The position numbers were made by a program, and so were the translations under genes. A DNA stretch of 64,000 nucleotides from Escherichia coli (GTDB lineage Bacteria > Pseudomonadota > Gammaproteobacteria > Enterobacterales > Enterobacteriaceae), in NCBI RefSeq assembly GCF_046105845.1, contig NZ_CP151004.1; one strand, written 5' to 3'. Below, one piece after another: positions 50,328 to 60,753 of this stretch (the first letter of the stretch is position 1; each line of letters starts with the position of its first letter). The notes below the pieces were generated by a model, which had not been told where the DNA came from, ran no database searches, and was given only the letters and a program-made list of their open reading frames with translations.

Positions 50328-51527
50328 ATGACGGAACAAGAAAAAACCTCCGCCGTGGTTGAAGAGACCAGGGAGGCCGTGGACACCACGTCACAACCTG
50401 TCGCAACAGAAAAAAAGAGTAAGAACAATACCGCATTGATTCTCAGCGCGGTGGCTATCGCTATTGCTCTGGCGGCGGGCGTCGGTTTGTATGGCTGGGG
50501 TAAACAACAGGCCGTCAATCAGACCGCCACCAGCGATGCCCTGGCTAACCAACTTACGGCACTGCAAAAAGCCCAGGAGAGCCAAAAAGCCGAGCTGGAA
50601 GGCATTATCAAGCAACAAGCTGTACAGCTTGAGCAGGCGAATCGTCAGCAAGAAACGCTGGCAAAACAGCTGGATGAAGTCCAACAAAAGGTCGCGACTA
50701 TTTCCGGCAGCGATGCTAAAACCTGGCTGCTGGCTCAGGCTGATTTCCTGGTGAAACTCGCCGGACGGAAGCTGTGGAGCGATCAGGACGTCACGACCGC
50801 TGCAGCGTTGCTGAAAAGTGCAGACGCCAGCCTGGCGGATATGAATGACCCGAGTCTGATTACCGTTCGTCGGGCAATTACCGATGATATCGCCAGCCTT
50901 TCTGCGGTATCGCAGGTGGATTATGACGGCATCATCCTTAAGCTTAATCAGCTTTCAAATCAGGTAGATAACCTGCGTCTGGCTGATAATGACAGCGATG
51001 GTTCGCCGATGGATTCCGACGGTGAAGAGCTTTCCAGTTCCATCAGCGAATGGCGTATCAATCTGCAAAAAAGCTGGCAGAACTTTATGGACAACTTCAT
51101 TACGATTCGCCGTCGTGATGACACCGCCGTACCACTGTTAGCGCCGAATCAGGATATCTATCTGCGCGAAAATATTCGCTCCCGCCTGCTGGTCGCGGCA
51201 CAAGCCGTACCGCGTCATCAGGAAGAGACTTATCGCCAGGCGCTGGAGAATGTCTCCACTTGGGTACGTGCTTACTACGATACTGATGATGCCACCACCA
51301 AAGCGTTCCTCGACGAGGTGGACCAGTTAAGCCAGCAAAATATCTCGATGGATCTCCCGGAAACCCTGCAAAGCCAGGCGATGCTGGAAAAACTGATGCA
51401 GACTCGCGTGCGTAACCTGCTGGCACAACCGGCAGCGGGGACAACGGAAGCTAAACCTGCACCTGCACCTGCACCTGCACCTGCACCGCAAGCTGATACT
51501 CCGGCAGCCGCGCCGCAAGGAGAATAA
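50328..51527 (+). CDS. hemX: HemX, membrane-anchored coiled-coil protein (putative uroporphyrinogen-III C-methyltransferase annotation)
   Basis: 399-aa ORF recognised as HemX; contains a (Pro-Ala) repeat near the C-terminus encoded by a hexanucleotide tandem repeat. Confidence 0.92.
   Translation: MTEQEKTSAVVEETREAVDTTSQPVATEKKSKNNTALILSAVAIAIALAAGVGLYGWGKQQAVNQTATSDALANQLTALQKAQESQKAELEGIIKQQAVQLEQANRQQETLAKQLDEVQQKVATISGSDAKTWLLAQADFLVKLAGRKLWSDQDVTTAAALLKSADASLADMNDPSLITVRRAITDDIASLSAVSQVDYDGIILKLNQLSNQVDNLRLADNDSDGSPMDSDGEELSSSISEWRINLQKSWQNFMDNFITIRRRDDTAVPLLAPNQDIYLRENIRSRLLVAAQAVPRHQEETYRQALENVSTWVRAYYDTDDATTKAFLDEVDQLSQQNISMDLPETLQSQAMLEKLMQTRVRNLLAQPAAGTTEAKPAPAPAPAPAPQADTPAAAPQGE
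51456..51485 (+). repeat. hexanucleotide tandem repeat (CCTGCA)x5 inside hemX
   Basis: Five perfect CCTGCA copies at 51456-51485 followed by a degenerate CCGCAA; encodes [11 protein letters not shown]. Confidence 0.9.
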
Positions 51528-51529
51528 CC

Positions 51530-52726
51530 ATGCTAAAAGTGTTATTGCTCTTTGTGTTGCTGATTGCGGGGATAGTGGTTGGCCCGATGATTGCCGGACA
51601 CCAGGGTTACGTGCTGATCCAGACCGACAACTACAATATTGAAACCAGCGTCACTGGCCTGGCGATTATTTTGATTCTGGCAATGGTAGTGCTGTTTGCC
51701 ATTGAGTGGCTACTGCGGCGGATCTTCCGCACAGGCGCACACACCCGTGGGTGGTTTGTCGGACGTAAGCGTCGCCGTGCGCGTAAGCAGACCGAACAGG
51801 CGCTGCTGAAACTAGCGGAAGGCGATTATCAGCAAGTTGAAAAGCTGATGGCGAAAAATGCCGATCACGCGGAACAACCGGTGGTGAACTATTTGCTGGC
51901 TGCCGAAGCCGCGCAACAACGTGGTGATGAAGCACGCGCCAACCAACATCTGGAACGCGCAGCGGAGCTGGCCGGCAATGACACCATTCCGGTAGAAATC
52001 ACCCGTGTACGTCTGCAACTGGCCCGTAATGAAAACCATGCTGCACGCCACGGCGTGGATAAGCTGCTGGAAGTTACGCCACGCCATCCAGAAGTATTAC
52101 GTCTGGCGGAACAGGCGTATATCCGCACAGGTGCATGGAGTTCGCTGCTGGATATCATCCCATCAATGGCGAAAGCCCATGTTGGTGATGAAGAACATCG
52201 TGCAATGCTGGAACAACAGGCATGGATTGGCCTGATGGATCAGGCGCGTGCCGATAACGGTAGCGAAGGTTTGCGTAACTGGTGGAAAAACCAAAGCCGG
52301 AAAACGCGTCATCAGGTGGCGTTGCAGGTGGCAATGGCGGAACATCTTATTGAATGTGACGATCATGATACTGCCCAGCAAATTATCATCGACGGCCTGA
52401 AACGCCAGTATGACGATCGCCTACTGCTGCCGATCCCGCGTCTGAAAACCAATAACCCGGAACAGCTGGAAAAAGTGCTGCGCCAACAGATCAAAAACGT
52501 GGGCGATCGCCCGCTGTTGTGGAGCACACTGGGTCAGTCGCTGATGAAGCACGGAGAATGGCAGGAAGCATCGCTCGCCTTCCGCGCAGCGCTGAAACAA
52601 CGTCCGGACGCCTACGATTACGCATGGCTTGCCGACGCGCTGGACAGACTGCACAAACCAGAAGAAGCTGCAGCGATGCGCCGCGACGGTTTGATGTTAA
52701 CGTTGCAGAACAACCCGCCACAGTAG
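51530..52726 (+). CDS. hemY: HemY, TPR-repeat inner membrane protein of the hem operon
   Basis: 398-aa ORF recognised as HemY; starts 3 bp after hemX stop. Confidence 0.93.
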   Translation: MLKVLLLFVLLIAGIVVGPMIAGHQGYVLIQTDNYNIETSVTGLAIILILAMVVLFAIEWLLRRIFRTGAHTRGWFVGRKRRRARKQTEQALLKLAEGDYQQVEKLMAKNADHAEQPVVNYLLAAEAAQQRGDEARANQHLERAAELAGNDTIPVEITRVRLQLARNENHAARHGVDKLLEVTPRHPEVLRLAEQAYIRTGAWSSLLDIIPSMAKAHVGDEEHRAMLEQQAWIGLMDQARADNGSEGLRNWWKNQSRKTRHQVALQVAMAEHLIECDDHDTAQQIIIDGLKRQYDDRLLLPIPRLKTNNPEQLEKVLRQQIKNVGDRPLLWSTLGQSLMKHGEWQEASLAFRAALKQRPDAYDYAWLADALDRLHKPEEAAAMRRDGLMLTLQNNPPQ

Positions 52727-52736
52727 TTCTTTCTCA

Positions 52737-52758
52737 CCCGGAGGCAAGCACCTCCGGG
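52737..52758 (+). terminator. putative hairpin terminator after hemY
   Basis: CCCGGAGGCAAGCACCTCCGGG stem-loop 10 bp after the hemY stop; weak T-tract (ACCTTTCTG), so efficiency uncertain. Confidence 0.35.
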
Positions 52759-52773
52759 ACCTTTCTGATACAT

Positions 52774-52980
52774 AAAAAAACGCCTGCTCTTATTACGGAG
52801 CAGGCGTTAAAACAGGTCTGTATGACAACAAGTGGGTGCTTCACTCAACGTTGTGTCCATGGTGTCTGATGAGGCATAAGCGACATCTGTCAGTGGACGA
52901 TAAGCACCGTAAACGGCTCTGCGTCATTCCGGAGTTTATGAGGCACTAAGGCGAACATAAGAGATGGAATGAGCATCTAC
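52774..52980 (-). ncRNA. glmZ: GlmZ small regulatory RNA (SraJ/RyiA), activator of glmS translation
   Basis: Minus-strand sequence from GTAGATGCTCATTCCATCTCTTATGTTCGCC... to the terminator hairpin AACGCCTGCTCCGTAATAAGAGCAGGCGTTTTTTT matches GlmZ as I recall it; lies in the hemY-aslA intergenic region where glmZ is known to map. Confidence 0.85.
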
Positions 52981-52986
52981 TCGTTT

Positions 52987-52992
52987 ATTATG
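52987..52992 (-). promoter_or_regulatory. candidate -10 element of glmZ promoter
   Basis: Reverse complement CATAAT sits 7-12 nt upstream of the GlmZ 5' end. Confidence 0.35.
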
Positions 52993-53404
52993 CCACAGAG
53001 AACCGGGAAATAACATCCCTTAACACTTGTTATGAGATAATTCTGTAATCCTCTTTGCTTCCTGAGTAATAACTTCCTGAGTGAATATTTCTCCTGCGCA
53101 CGATTCTACACATATATATAATGAATAATAAAAGTCATTCAATTAATAACATATATATTAATTGCCGTTAAAACTAAAAACAGCATCAATAATCAACGCG
53201 ATATAACATCACCGCCTTACATATCACCTGCGCCAGAGGTAGGATTGAAAACGCTCTCCTGATTTTCCAATTCATTTTCTGGATAAATAAATAATTTATT
53301 TTTATCACTATTATTTATGCAATCATCCTGTCAGGGAGAGGGATCTCAATTATCAATGCTTAATTACGTCAACATTTTGACGACATGAAACCGGAGCATT
53401 TTGC

Positions 53405-55060
53405 ATGGAATTTTCGTTTTCACCCAAACTTCTTGTTGTGGCTGTCGCCGCCGCTCTTCCACTCATGGCCAACGCAGCAGATACCCCGTCAACCGCCACC
53501 GCACGCAAAGGCTTTGCCGGATACGATCACCCAAACCAGTATCTGGTTAAACCGGCGACCACTATTGCCGACAACATGATGCCGGTGATGCAGCATCCTG
53601 CACAAGACAAAGAAACCCAGCAGAAGCTGGCAGAACTTGAGAAAAAAACCGGTAAGAAACCGAACGTGGTTGTTTTCTTGCTGGATGATGTGGGCTGGAT
53701 GGATGTTGGCTTTAACGGCGGCGGCGTGGCGGTGGGTAACCCTACACCAGATATCGACGCCGTTGCCAGCCAGGGGCTGATTTTAACTTCGGCGTATTCT
53801 CAACCGAGTTCTTCCCCAACCCGCGCCACGATTCTTACCGGGCAATACTCCATCCACCACGGCATTCTGATGCCGCCAATGTACGGGCAACCGGGCGGTC
53901 TGCAAGGGTTAACCACTCTGCCGCAGTTGCTGCACGATCAGGGCTACGTCACTCAGGCCATCGGGAAATGGCATATGGGGGAAAACAAAGAGTCGCAGCC
54001 GCAGAACGTTGGCTTTGATGATTTCCGCGGTTTTAACTCGGTATCCGATATGTATACCGAATGGCGTGATGTTCACGTCAACCCGGAAGTCGCCCTGAGC
54101 CCGGATCGTTCTGAATACATCCAAAAACTGCCGTTCAGCAAAGATGACGTTCATGCCGTGCGCGGCGGTGAACAGGAAGCCATTGCCGACATTACGCCGA
54201 AATATATGGAAGACCTGGATCAACGCTGGATGGAATATGGCGTTAAGTTCCTCGACAAGATGGCGAAGAGCGATAAGCCTTTCTTCCTCTACTACGGCAC
54301 TCGCGGCTGTCACTTCGATAACTACCCAAATGCGAAATATGCGGGTAGCTCTCCGGCGCGCACCTCTTACGGCGACTGCATGGTGGAGATGAACGATATC
54401 TTCGCCAATCTGTATAAAGCACTGGAGAAAAACGGTCAGCTTGATAACACGCTGATTGTGTTCACCTCTGATAACGGTCCGGAAGCCGAAGTTCCGCCGC
54501 ACGGTCGCACACCGTTCCGCGGTGCGAAAGGTTCTACATGGGAAGGCGGCGTTCGTGTGCCAACCTTCGTTTACTGGAAAGGCATGATCCAACCGCGTAA
54601 ATCTGACGGTATTGTCGATCTGGCGGATCTCTTCCCAACCGCGCTGGATCTGGCGGGGCATCCTGGAGCGAAAGTGGCGAATTTAGTGCCGAAAACCACC
54701 TTTATCGATGGTGTGGACCAGACATCCTTCTTCCTGGGAACAAATGGTCAGTCTAACCGTAAGGCCGAGCACTACTTCCTCAACGGCAAACTTTCTGCTG
54801 TGCGTATGGATGAGTTCAAGTATCACGTCCTGATCCAGCAACCGTACGCGTATACCCAGAGCGGGTATCAGGGTGGATTCACCGGTACAGTAATGCAAAC
54901 GGCGGGATCGTCGGTGTTTAACCTGTACACCGATCCGCAGGAAAGCGACTCCATCGGCGTGCGCCATATCCCAATGGGTGTACCGCTACAGACCGAAATG
55001 CATGCGTATATGGAGATCCTGAAAAAATATCCACCACGCGCGCAGATTAAATCTGATTAA
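53405..55060 (+). CDS. aslA: arylsulfatase-family sulfatase AslA
   Basis: 551-aa ORF with signal peptide and sulfatase signature ([19 protein letters not shown]-x-P-x-R type motif), recognised as AslA. Confidence 0.93.
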   Translation: MEFSFSPKLLVVAVAAALPLMANAADTPSTATARKGFAGYDHPNQYLVKPATTIADNMMPVMQHPAQDKETQQKLAELEKKTGKKPNVVVFLLDDVGWMDVGFNGGGVAVGNPTPDIDAVASQGLILTSAYSQPSSSPTRATILTGQYSIHHGILMPPMYGQPGGLQGLTTLPQLLHDQGYVTQAIGKWHMGENKESQPQNVGFDDFRGFNSVSDMYTEWRDVHVNPEVALSPDRSEYIQKLPFSKDDVHAVRGGEQEAIADITPKYMEDLDQRWMEYGVKFLDKMAKSDKPFFLYYGTRGCHFDNYPNAKYAGSSPARTSYGDCMVEMNDIFANLYKALEKNGQLDNTLIVFTSDNGPEAEVPPHGRTPFRGAKGSTWEGGVRVPTFVYWKGMIQPRKSDGIVDLADLFPTALDLAGHPGAKVANLVPKTTFIDGVDQTSFFLGTNGQSNRKAEHYFLNGKLSAVRMDEFKYHVLIQQPYAYTQSGYQGGFTGTVMQTAGSSVFNLYTDPQESDSIGVRHIPMGVPLQTEMHAYMEILKKYPPRAQIKSD

Positions 55061-55096
55061 GCCGGCGCTATCGCTACATCGGGCCACACTGACCTT

Positions 55097-55126
55097 GCCG
55101 GATGCGGCGTGAACGCCTTATCCGGC
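55097..55126. repeat. REP element
   Basis: GCCGGATGCGGCGTGAACGCCTTATCCGGC between convergent aslA and aslB. Confidence 0.8.
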
Positions 55127-55138
55127 AATCAACCGCAG

Positions 55139-55163
55139 GCGGCCACAAAATGGCCGCTTTTTT
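55139..55163 (+). terminator. rho-independent terminator after aslA (overlaps aslB stop)
   Basis: Hairpin GCGGCCACAAAATGGCCGC followed by TTTTTT. Confidence 0.55.
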
Positions 55164-56397
55164 ACTTATTCACCACCATCAAATGCGCCTGCATAATGTC
55201 GCTGGCCGGACGACCGTGCGCCAGCAAATCAGCCATTGCTTTAAGATATGGCGGTAGATGGCGGAAATAACGCTGATACCCGGCACACAAATAATTCAGC
55301 CCAGGTTTGCCGCTGGCATCGAGCATAAAGCGGTGTTTCGGACAGCCTCCCCAGCACGCTTTTAACACGTTGCAACTGCGACACTGCGCCGGTAACTGCT
55401 TAAATTTATCTTCACCAAACACCTGCTGTTGCGGGGAGTCTACCATTTCTGCAATTGTCTGCTGAAGCATATTCCCCAGTCGATATTGCGGATAAACATA
55501 GTGATCGCAGGCGTAAACGTCGCCGTTGTGTTCAACAATCACCGAGCGCCCACAGGTTGGCTGATGATGGCAAACCGCTCCTGGCGCACCGACAAAATTG
55601 GCAAACGCCCATTCGATATTCATCACGAAAATCTTGCCGACGTCGCGTTTGATCCAGTGGTCGAATATCGCCACCAAAAATTCACCGAACTCCTCGGGGT
55701 GTACCGACCATTCCGTCAGTTTGCCCTGAATATCGCCGGGAGCATGTAGCTTAAGTCCAGCATGAACAGCCGTTTCATCAGCCAGGCGTTCGACCACAGG
55801 AATAAACTGGATAAACTCAACGCCTGCATCACACAGAAAATCATAGATTTGCAAAGGTTGTAACGCACAGGTGCGATTAACGCAGACCAGCACGTTATAG
55901 TCGACATGATGTTTTTGCAGGAGCATCAGGGCACGCATCACCAGCTTATGCGTTGGTCTGCCGCCTTTGGTCACGCGATATTGATTGTGGATCTCAGCCG
56001 GACCATCCAGCGATAACCCAACAAGAAAATGATTTTCTGCCAGAAATGCACACCATTCGTCATCAAGCAGCACGCCATTAGTCTGGAAGCTGTTACTTAT
56101 CTTCCTGCCAGCACCATATTTCGCCTGTAGCGCCACGGCACGGCGGTAAAAATCCAGCCCGAGTAACGTTGGTTCGCCACCCTGCCAGGTAAAAGCCACT
56201 TCGTTTTGGGTTTCGCTGGCAGCGATATAGTGACGGACATACGCTTCCAGCGTGTCATCGTCCATATGCGTGACTGGCTTTTCGCTGTAAAGGGATTGTT
56301 TTTCGAGATAAAAACAGTAGTCACAGTTCAGATTACAATCGGAACCGCTCGGTTTCGCCATCACATGAAAAGCACGCGTTGGAACCTGTTGCAGCAT
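55162..56397 (-). CDS. aslB: anaerobic sulfatase-maturating enzyme homologue (radical SAM)
   Basis: Translation MLQQVPTRAFHVMAKPSGSDCNLNCDYCFYLEK... (411 aa) with CxxxCxxC radical-SAM motif recognised as AslB; start at internal Met of track ORF. Confidence 0.9.
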   Translation of the reverse strand: MLQQVPTRAFHVMAKPSGSDCNLNCDYCFYLEKQSLYSEKPVTHMDDDTLEAYVRHYIAASETQNEVAFTWQGGEPTLLGLDFYRRAVALQAKYGAGRKISNSFQTNGVLLDDEWCAFLAENHFLVGLSLDGPAEIHNQYRVTKGGRPTHKLVMRALMLLQKHHVDYNVLVCVNRTCALQPLQIYDFLCDAGVEFIQFIPVVERLADETAVHAGLKLHAPGDIQGKLTEWSVHPEEFGEFLVAIFDHWIKRDVGKIFVMNIEWAFANFVGAPGAVCHHQPTCGRSVIVEHNGDVYACDHYVYPQYRLGNMLQQTIAEMVDSPQQQVFGEDKFKQLPAQCRSCNVLKACWGGCPKHRFMLDASGKPGLNYLCAGYQRYFRHLPPYLKAMADLLAHGRPASDIMQAHLMVVNK

Positions 56398-56542
56398 GGT
56401 CGCTCCTTGCCTGAAGTCATCCTTCAATAAGTTAAGGGCGAAATCATACCGTGGCGCAATGAGTTATTACGGGCGTTTATTGCGAAGGGAAGTGACGAAA
56501 TGCACAGAAAACAAAAAACCCCGCCGAAGCGGGGTTCAAAAT

Positions 56543-56619
56543 TGGTCGGCGAGAGAGGATTCGAACCTCCGACCCACTGGTCCCAAACCAGTTGCGCTAC
56601 CAAGCTGCGCTACTCGCCG
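56543..56619 (-). tRNA. proM: tRNA-Pro (anticodon UGG)
   Basis: Reverse complement CGGCGAGTAGCGCAGCTTGGTAGCGCAACTGGTTTGGGACCAGTGGGTCGGAGGTTCGAATCCTCTCTCGCCGACCA. Confidence 0.93.
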
Positions 56620-56661
56620 AAATACTGCTTTTTGAATTTTTAGTTCAATTCTTTAAAGTCG

Positions 56662-56748
56662 TGGTGCGAGGGGGGGGACTTGAACCCCCACGTCCGTAAG
56701 GACACTAACACCTGAAGCTAGCGCGTCTACCAATTCCGCCACCTTCGC
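56662..56748 (-). tRNA. leuT: tRNA-Leu (anticodon CAG)
   Basis: Reverse complement GCGAAGGTGGCGGAATTGGTAGACGCGCTAGCTTCAGGTGTTAGTGTCCTTACGGACGTGGGGGTTCAAGTCCCCCCCCTCGCACCA, 87 nt class II tRNA. Confidence 0.93.
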
Positions 56749-56768
56749 ATTGTCACAACTTCTAATAA

Positions 56769-56845
56769 TGGGGTGGCTAATGGGATTCGAACCCACGACA
56801 ACTGGAATCACAATCCAGGGCTCTACCAACTGAGCTATAGCCACC
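56769..56845 (-). tRNA. hisR: tRNA-His (anticodon GUG)
   Basis: Reverse complement GGTGGCTATAGCTCAGTTGGTAGAGCCCTGGATTGTGATTCCAGTTGTCGTGGGTTCGAATCCCATTAGCCACCCCA, includes the extra 5' G typical of tRNA-His. Confidence 0.93.
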
Positions 56846-56902
56846 ACTACAAATCTTGTTACGCGGTATTACTACCACCGCAGCTCAAGCGCCGGGACTA
56901 AA

Positions 56903-56979
<77 letters not shown>

Positions 56980-57081
56980 TTAGCGCCGTTGCGGGGGTGG
57001 ATAATACGGACTTCCCACCCCTCTGTCTAGTCCCTTTTTAAATAAATTGCGCGTTTGGTTACGGTTTGTGCGTTTTGCTGC

Positions 57082-58467
57082 TTATTCCTCCAGTTTATGC
57101 GCTTTACCGTGGCGATTAAGCCCAAAAACTTTATAAATCGCCGTCACCGCCAGCATAAAGATGATGCCGACAAACAGCGACATACGCGTATCTTCATTAA
57201 AGTACATGCCGATCAAAACGCAAATCAGGAATGCCATTGTTACGTAGTTGGCCCACGGGAACAGGATTGAGCGGAACGGATGGCTGGCAATCGCCGCTTT
57301 ATGCGCACGACGAAAACGCAGCTGGCTTATCAATATCACAAACCATGGCACCATCCCCGGAAGCACGCTGGCACTGTAGACGTAGACAAACACACGCTGC
57401 GGATTGGGAATGACGTAGTTCAGGCATGAGCCAATTAACAGGATAGCAATAGATACTGCCACACCCGCAACCGGTACGCCGTGACGGGAAACTTTCGCCA
57501 TCGCCGCCGGTAACTGACGGTTTTTCGCCAGTGCGTAGAGCATACGTCCGCAACTGTACATGCCGCTGTTACAGCCAGAGAGCGCAGCCGTCAGCACCAC
57601 AAAGTTGATTATGCCCGCCGCTGCGGTAATGCCGATTTTGGCGAAAGTCAGTACGAACGGGCTACCGTTGCTGCCTATTTCATTCCACGGGAAGATAGTA
57701 ACGATAACGAAAATCGCGCCTACGTAGAAAATCAGGATCCTCCACAGCACTTTGCCTACTGCACTGCGCAGCGTCACCTGCGGATTCTTCGCTTCACCGG
57801 CCGTAATGCCAATCAGCTCCACGCCCTGGTAGGACGCCACCACAATACACAGAGCGGTCAGGAACCCTTTCCAGCCACCCGCAAAGAAACCGCCATGCTC
57901 TGTGAGATTGCTAAAACCAATCGACTGCCCGCCATTGCCAAAGCCAAAGAAAATCACGCCCAGGCCAATGACAATCATCACGATAATCGTGGTGACTTTG
58001 ATCATCGCGAACCAGAACTCGATTTCGCCGTACAACCTCACCGCAGCCAGATTCGCCAACGCCACCAGCGCCACCGCGATCAATGCGGGTATCCACTGCG
58101 CCATCTCCGGGAACCAGAACTGGACATAAACGCCAATGGCGGTGATTTCTGAGATCCCCACCGCCATCCACATAAACCAGTAAGACCAGGCGGTGAGATA
58201 GCCAAAAAACGGGCTCATATAACGATGCGCATAAACGGCGAACGAACCGGTAACCGGTTCGAGGAACAACATTTCGCCCATTGAACGCATGATGAAAAAG
58301 ACGAACAGCCCGGCGATGATATAGGCCAACAATACGGATGGCCCGGCCCATTTCAGGGTACTGGCGGCCCCCATAAACAGGCCGACGCCAATGGTGCCCC
58401 CCAGGGCGATGAGTTCGATATGTCGAGCTTCCAGCCCACGCTGTAGCTCTGGTTTGTTATCTGCCAT
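57082..58467 (-). CDS. yifK: APC-family amino acid permease YifK
   Basis: 461-aa twelve-helix-type permease ORF recognised as YifK. Confidence 0.92.
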   Translation of the reverse strand: MADNKPELQRGLEARHIELIALGGTIGVGLFMGAASTLKWAGPSVLLAYIIAGLFVFFIMRSMGEMLFLEPVTGSFAVYAHRYMSPFFGYLTAWSYWFMWMAVGISEITAIGVYVQFWFPEMAQWIPALIAVALVALANLAAVRLYGEIEFWFAMIKVTTIIVMIVIGLGVIFFGFGNGGQSIGFSNLTEHGGFFAGGWKGFLTALCIVVASYQGVELIGITAGEAKNPQVTLRSAVGKVLWRILIFYVGAIFVIVTIFPWNEIGSNGSPFVLTFAKIGITAAAGIINFVVLTAALSGCNSGMYSCGRMLYALAKNRQLPAAMAKVSRHGVPVAGVAVSIAILLIGSCLNYVIPNPQRVFVYVYSASVLPGMVPWFVILISQLRFRRAHKAAIASHPFRSILFPWANYVTMAFLICVLIGMYFNEDTRMSLFVGIIFMLAVTAIYKVFGLNRHGKAHKLEE

Positions 58468-58601
58468 AAATCCTCGTGTTGTGTTTGCATGCTTTCCGGT
58501 GTTACCGGTTATCGTTATGGGTACATCGAGTGTTGCGAATGTTTTCGTAATTCAGGAGAAATGGCAAATAAAGCATTAAAAATTTGAATGCTTTGTGTAA
58601 T

Positions 58602-58639
58602 AAAAAAGCAGGAAGGCGACGAAGTGACCACTTCGTCGC
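58602..58639 (-). terminator. putative terminator at the end of the wec (ECA) operon
   Basis: On the minus strand, hairpin GCGACGAAGTGGTCACTTCGTCGC followed after 8 nt by TTTTTTATT; about 20 bp downstream of the wecG stop. Confidence 0.4.
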
Positions 58640-58657
58640 TTTACAGAGAGAGGAAAA

Positions 58658-59398
58658 TCAGAGGTTGCCGGTGTAATGCCAGCGTAAATAACGCAGCAAA
58701 CGAAGCTGACGCTTAATGCGGCTCGGCTGCGAAAGCAGGCGGTAGAGCCACTCCAGCCCCAGCGTTTGCCAGATTTTCGGTGCACGTTTTACGTGACCGG
58801 TGAAAACATCATAAGTCCCGCCAACGCCCATATACAGCGCATCTGGATGCACCAGACGGCAGTCGCGCATGAAGATCTCCTGCTTTGGCGATCCCATCGC
58901 AACGGTGACGATTTGCGCTCCGCTGGCATGAATGCGTTCAAACAGCATCTGACGCTGCTCGGGTTTAAAATAACCATCCTGACTGCCAACGATATTCACA
59001 TTCCACTGGTTGCGTAGTTTAGCTTCAGTTTGCGCCAGCACTTCAGGTTTACCGCCCACAAGAAATACCGGTGTCCCTTCTTTGCCTGCGCGCGCCATCA
59101 GCTCTTCCCAGAGATCGGCCCCTGCAACGCGGGAAACCTGCGCCTGCGGGTACTTTTTACGTACTGAACGTACAACGCTGATGCCATCCGCATATTTAAA
59201 TTCGGCAGCGTTAATTAACTCCCGGACCTCGGCGTTATCTTCAATGGTCAGCATTTTTTCGGCATTAATGGCAACCAGCGTTCCCTGCTTAAGCTGCCCG
59301 TCAGCGAACAGATAATCGAGGGCGTGCTGCATATCACGCCAACCAATCAACTGTAAGCCACGCAGCGTATAGGTCGGTGCCGTGGTGTTGTTATTCAT
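58658..59398 (-). CDS. wecG: UDP-N-acetyl-D-mannosaminuronic acid transferase (ECA biosynthesis)
   Basis: 246-aa ORF recognised as WecG (RffM). Confidence 0.92.
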   Translation of the reverse strand: MNNNTTAPTYTLRGLQLIGWRDMQHALDYLFADGQLKQGTLVAINAEKMLTIEDNAEVRELINAAEFKYADGISVVRSVRKKYPQAQVSRVAGADLWEELMARAGKEGTPVFLVGGKPEVLAQTEAKLRNQWNVNIVGSQDGYFKPEQRQMLFERIHASGAQIVTVAMGSPKQEIFMRDCRLVHPDALYMGVGGTYDVFTGHVKRAPKIWQTLGLEWLYRLLSQPSRIKRQLRLLRYLRWHYTGNL

Positions 59399-59400
59399 TG

Positions 59401-60753
59401 TTATCCTTCAACCTGCGTCCGGAGCGATGATTTTGTTCGTTTATGAATGAGTCCGGCGCTTTCAAAAAGCCAGTACAACAGTTTTGCGATCATCAGACAT
59501 GCGCCGAAGACCACGATAAAAAAGACTACGCGTGAGACAAACGAATCCAGCCCTTCACGCGCCAGCACGATCATATTGAAGATCGCCCCAAAGCAGAAAC
59601 TATGCAATATCGCAGCCTTATAGCGATTAGTCTCGCGGTTGCCCAGCTCATACAGCCAGTCGAACCATTTGATGATCAGGCCAACCACAATCGCCCCGAG
59701 CGGGATGAACAACGCGCCGCCCATCACCACCAGTGAGCCTATAAGCGTAGGCGAGATCGCCAGCCCGGAGTGGTTATTCAGCACTTCCCAGGTAAAGTAG
59801 TTGGCGGAGTTCAGTACCATACTCGGGCGACCCGGCCACAGCCAGGAAGGGATAAAGACATAGAAATCGCGGACAATGGGAGCCAGACCCTGGAAGTCGA
59901 TGTTGTCGTAGTTCTGCAACAGCAATGCCAGATTCTCCCACGGCGAAAAGGTATCGCGGGTGAGATAGAGAAACGTATAGAACGCTTCATCGCCGCTCAC
60001 ATTCATTCCATAACGTTTTAGCGCCAGCCAGAACATGCCCACAATCCCCAGCACGCCCGCCGCCGCCAGCATCCACAACGAAATCCAGCCGCGAATAATG
60101 CCAATAAACAGGAAGATAGCGAATGCGATGATGATATTGGCGCGAGTGCCGCCGACAATCATATAAGTCAGCAAGCCAAAGGCGACCGTGCTGACGAGGA
60201 AAAACAGCCACGCTTTGCTGTCCTGGCGCAGAAAGTAGACCACCAGCATCGCCGGGATGAAAAAGTAAAAGAAGCGTTTTAACGCCACGCCGGAGACTTC
60301 ACTGGAGAAGATCTGACTGTAGGAGTTAAGCCGGAACAGCAAAAAGCCGTTGTGCATGAAGAAGATGCCGACGCTTACCAGCGCGATGCCCATCAGGATC
60401 ACCCACGTAAGATTGGTCTCCACGCGGTTCATGGTAAACAGCGGACGGCGCGGTACATCAGCAACGCGTTTGCGTAGGCGGGTTTTGTAGGTGACATAGT
60501 AAACCGCGTAGAAACAGCCCGCAGAAAGCAACGCCTGCAACAAGATTTCTGGCGGCGCGACACCAACATCAAAGCGAAATACCAGCACGCTGGTCAGCGG
60601 GAAGCCGAAGAAAAAGGTGAGCAAAAACAGCAATGAAAAGAAGACATTGAAGTTAAAACGCACACGGCGAAACTCAAACCAGGTCAGCGTGGCAATAAAC
60701 AGCGTGCAGAGCAGCCAGACAACAAACAGGCCACTGAATTGCAGCAGACTCAT
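59401..60753 (-). CDS. wzyE: enterobacterial common antigen polymerase
   Basis: 450-aa polytopic membrane ORF recognised as WzyE. Confidence 0.92.

Noticed and set aside
51456-51485. Possible CRISPR-like or minisatellite array
   Set aside because: It is a 6-bp in-frame coding repeat inside hemX, with no spacers and no repeat units of CRISPR size; no cas genes anywhere in the window.
53909-54661. 250-aa ORF on the - strand
   Set aside because: Antisense to aslA; shadow ORF.
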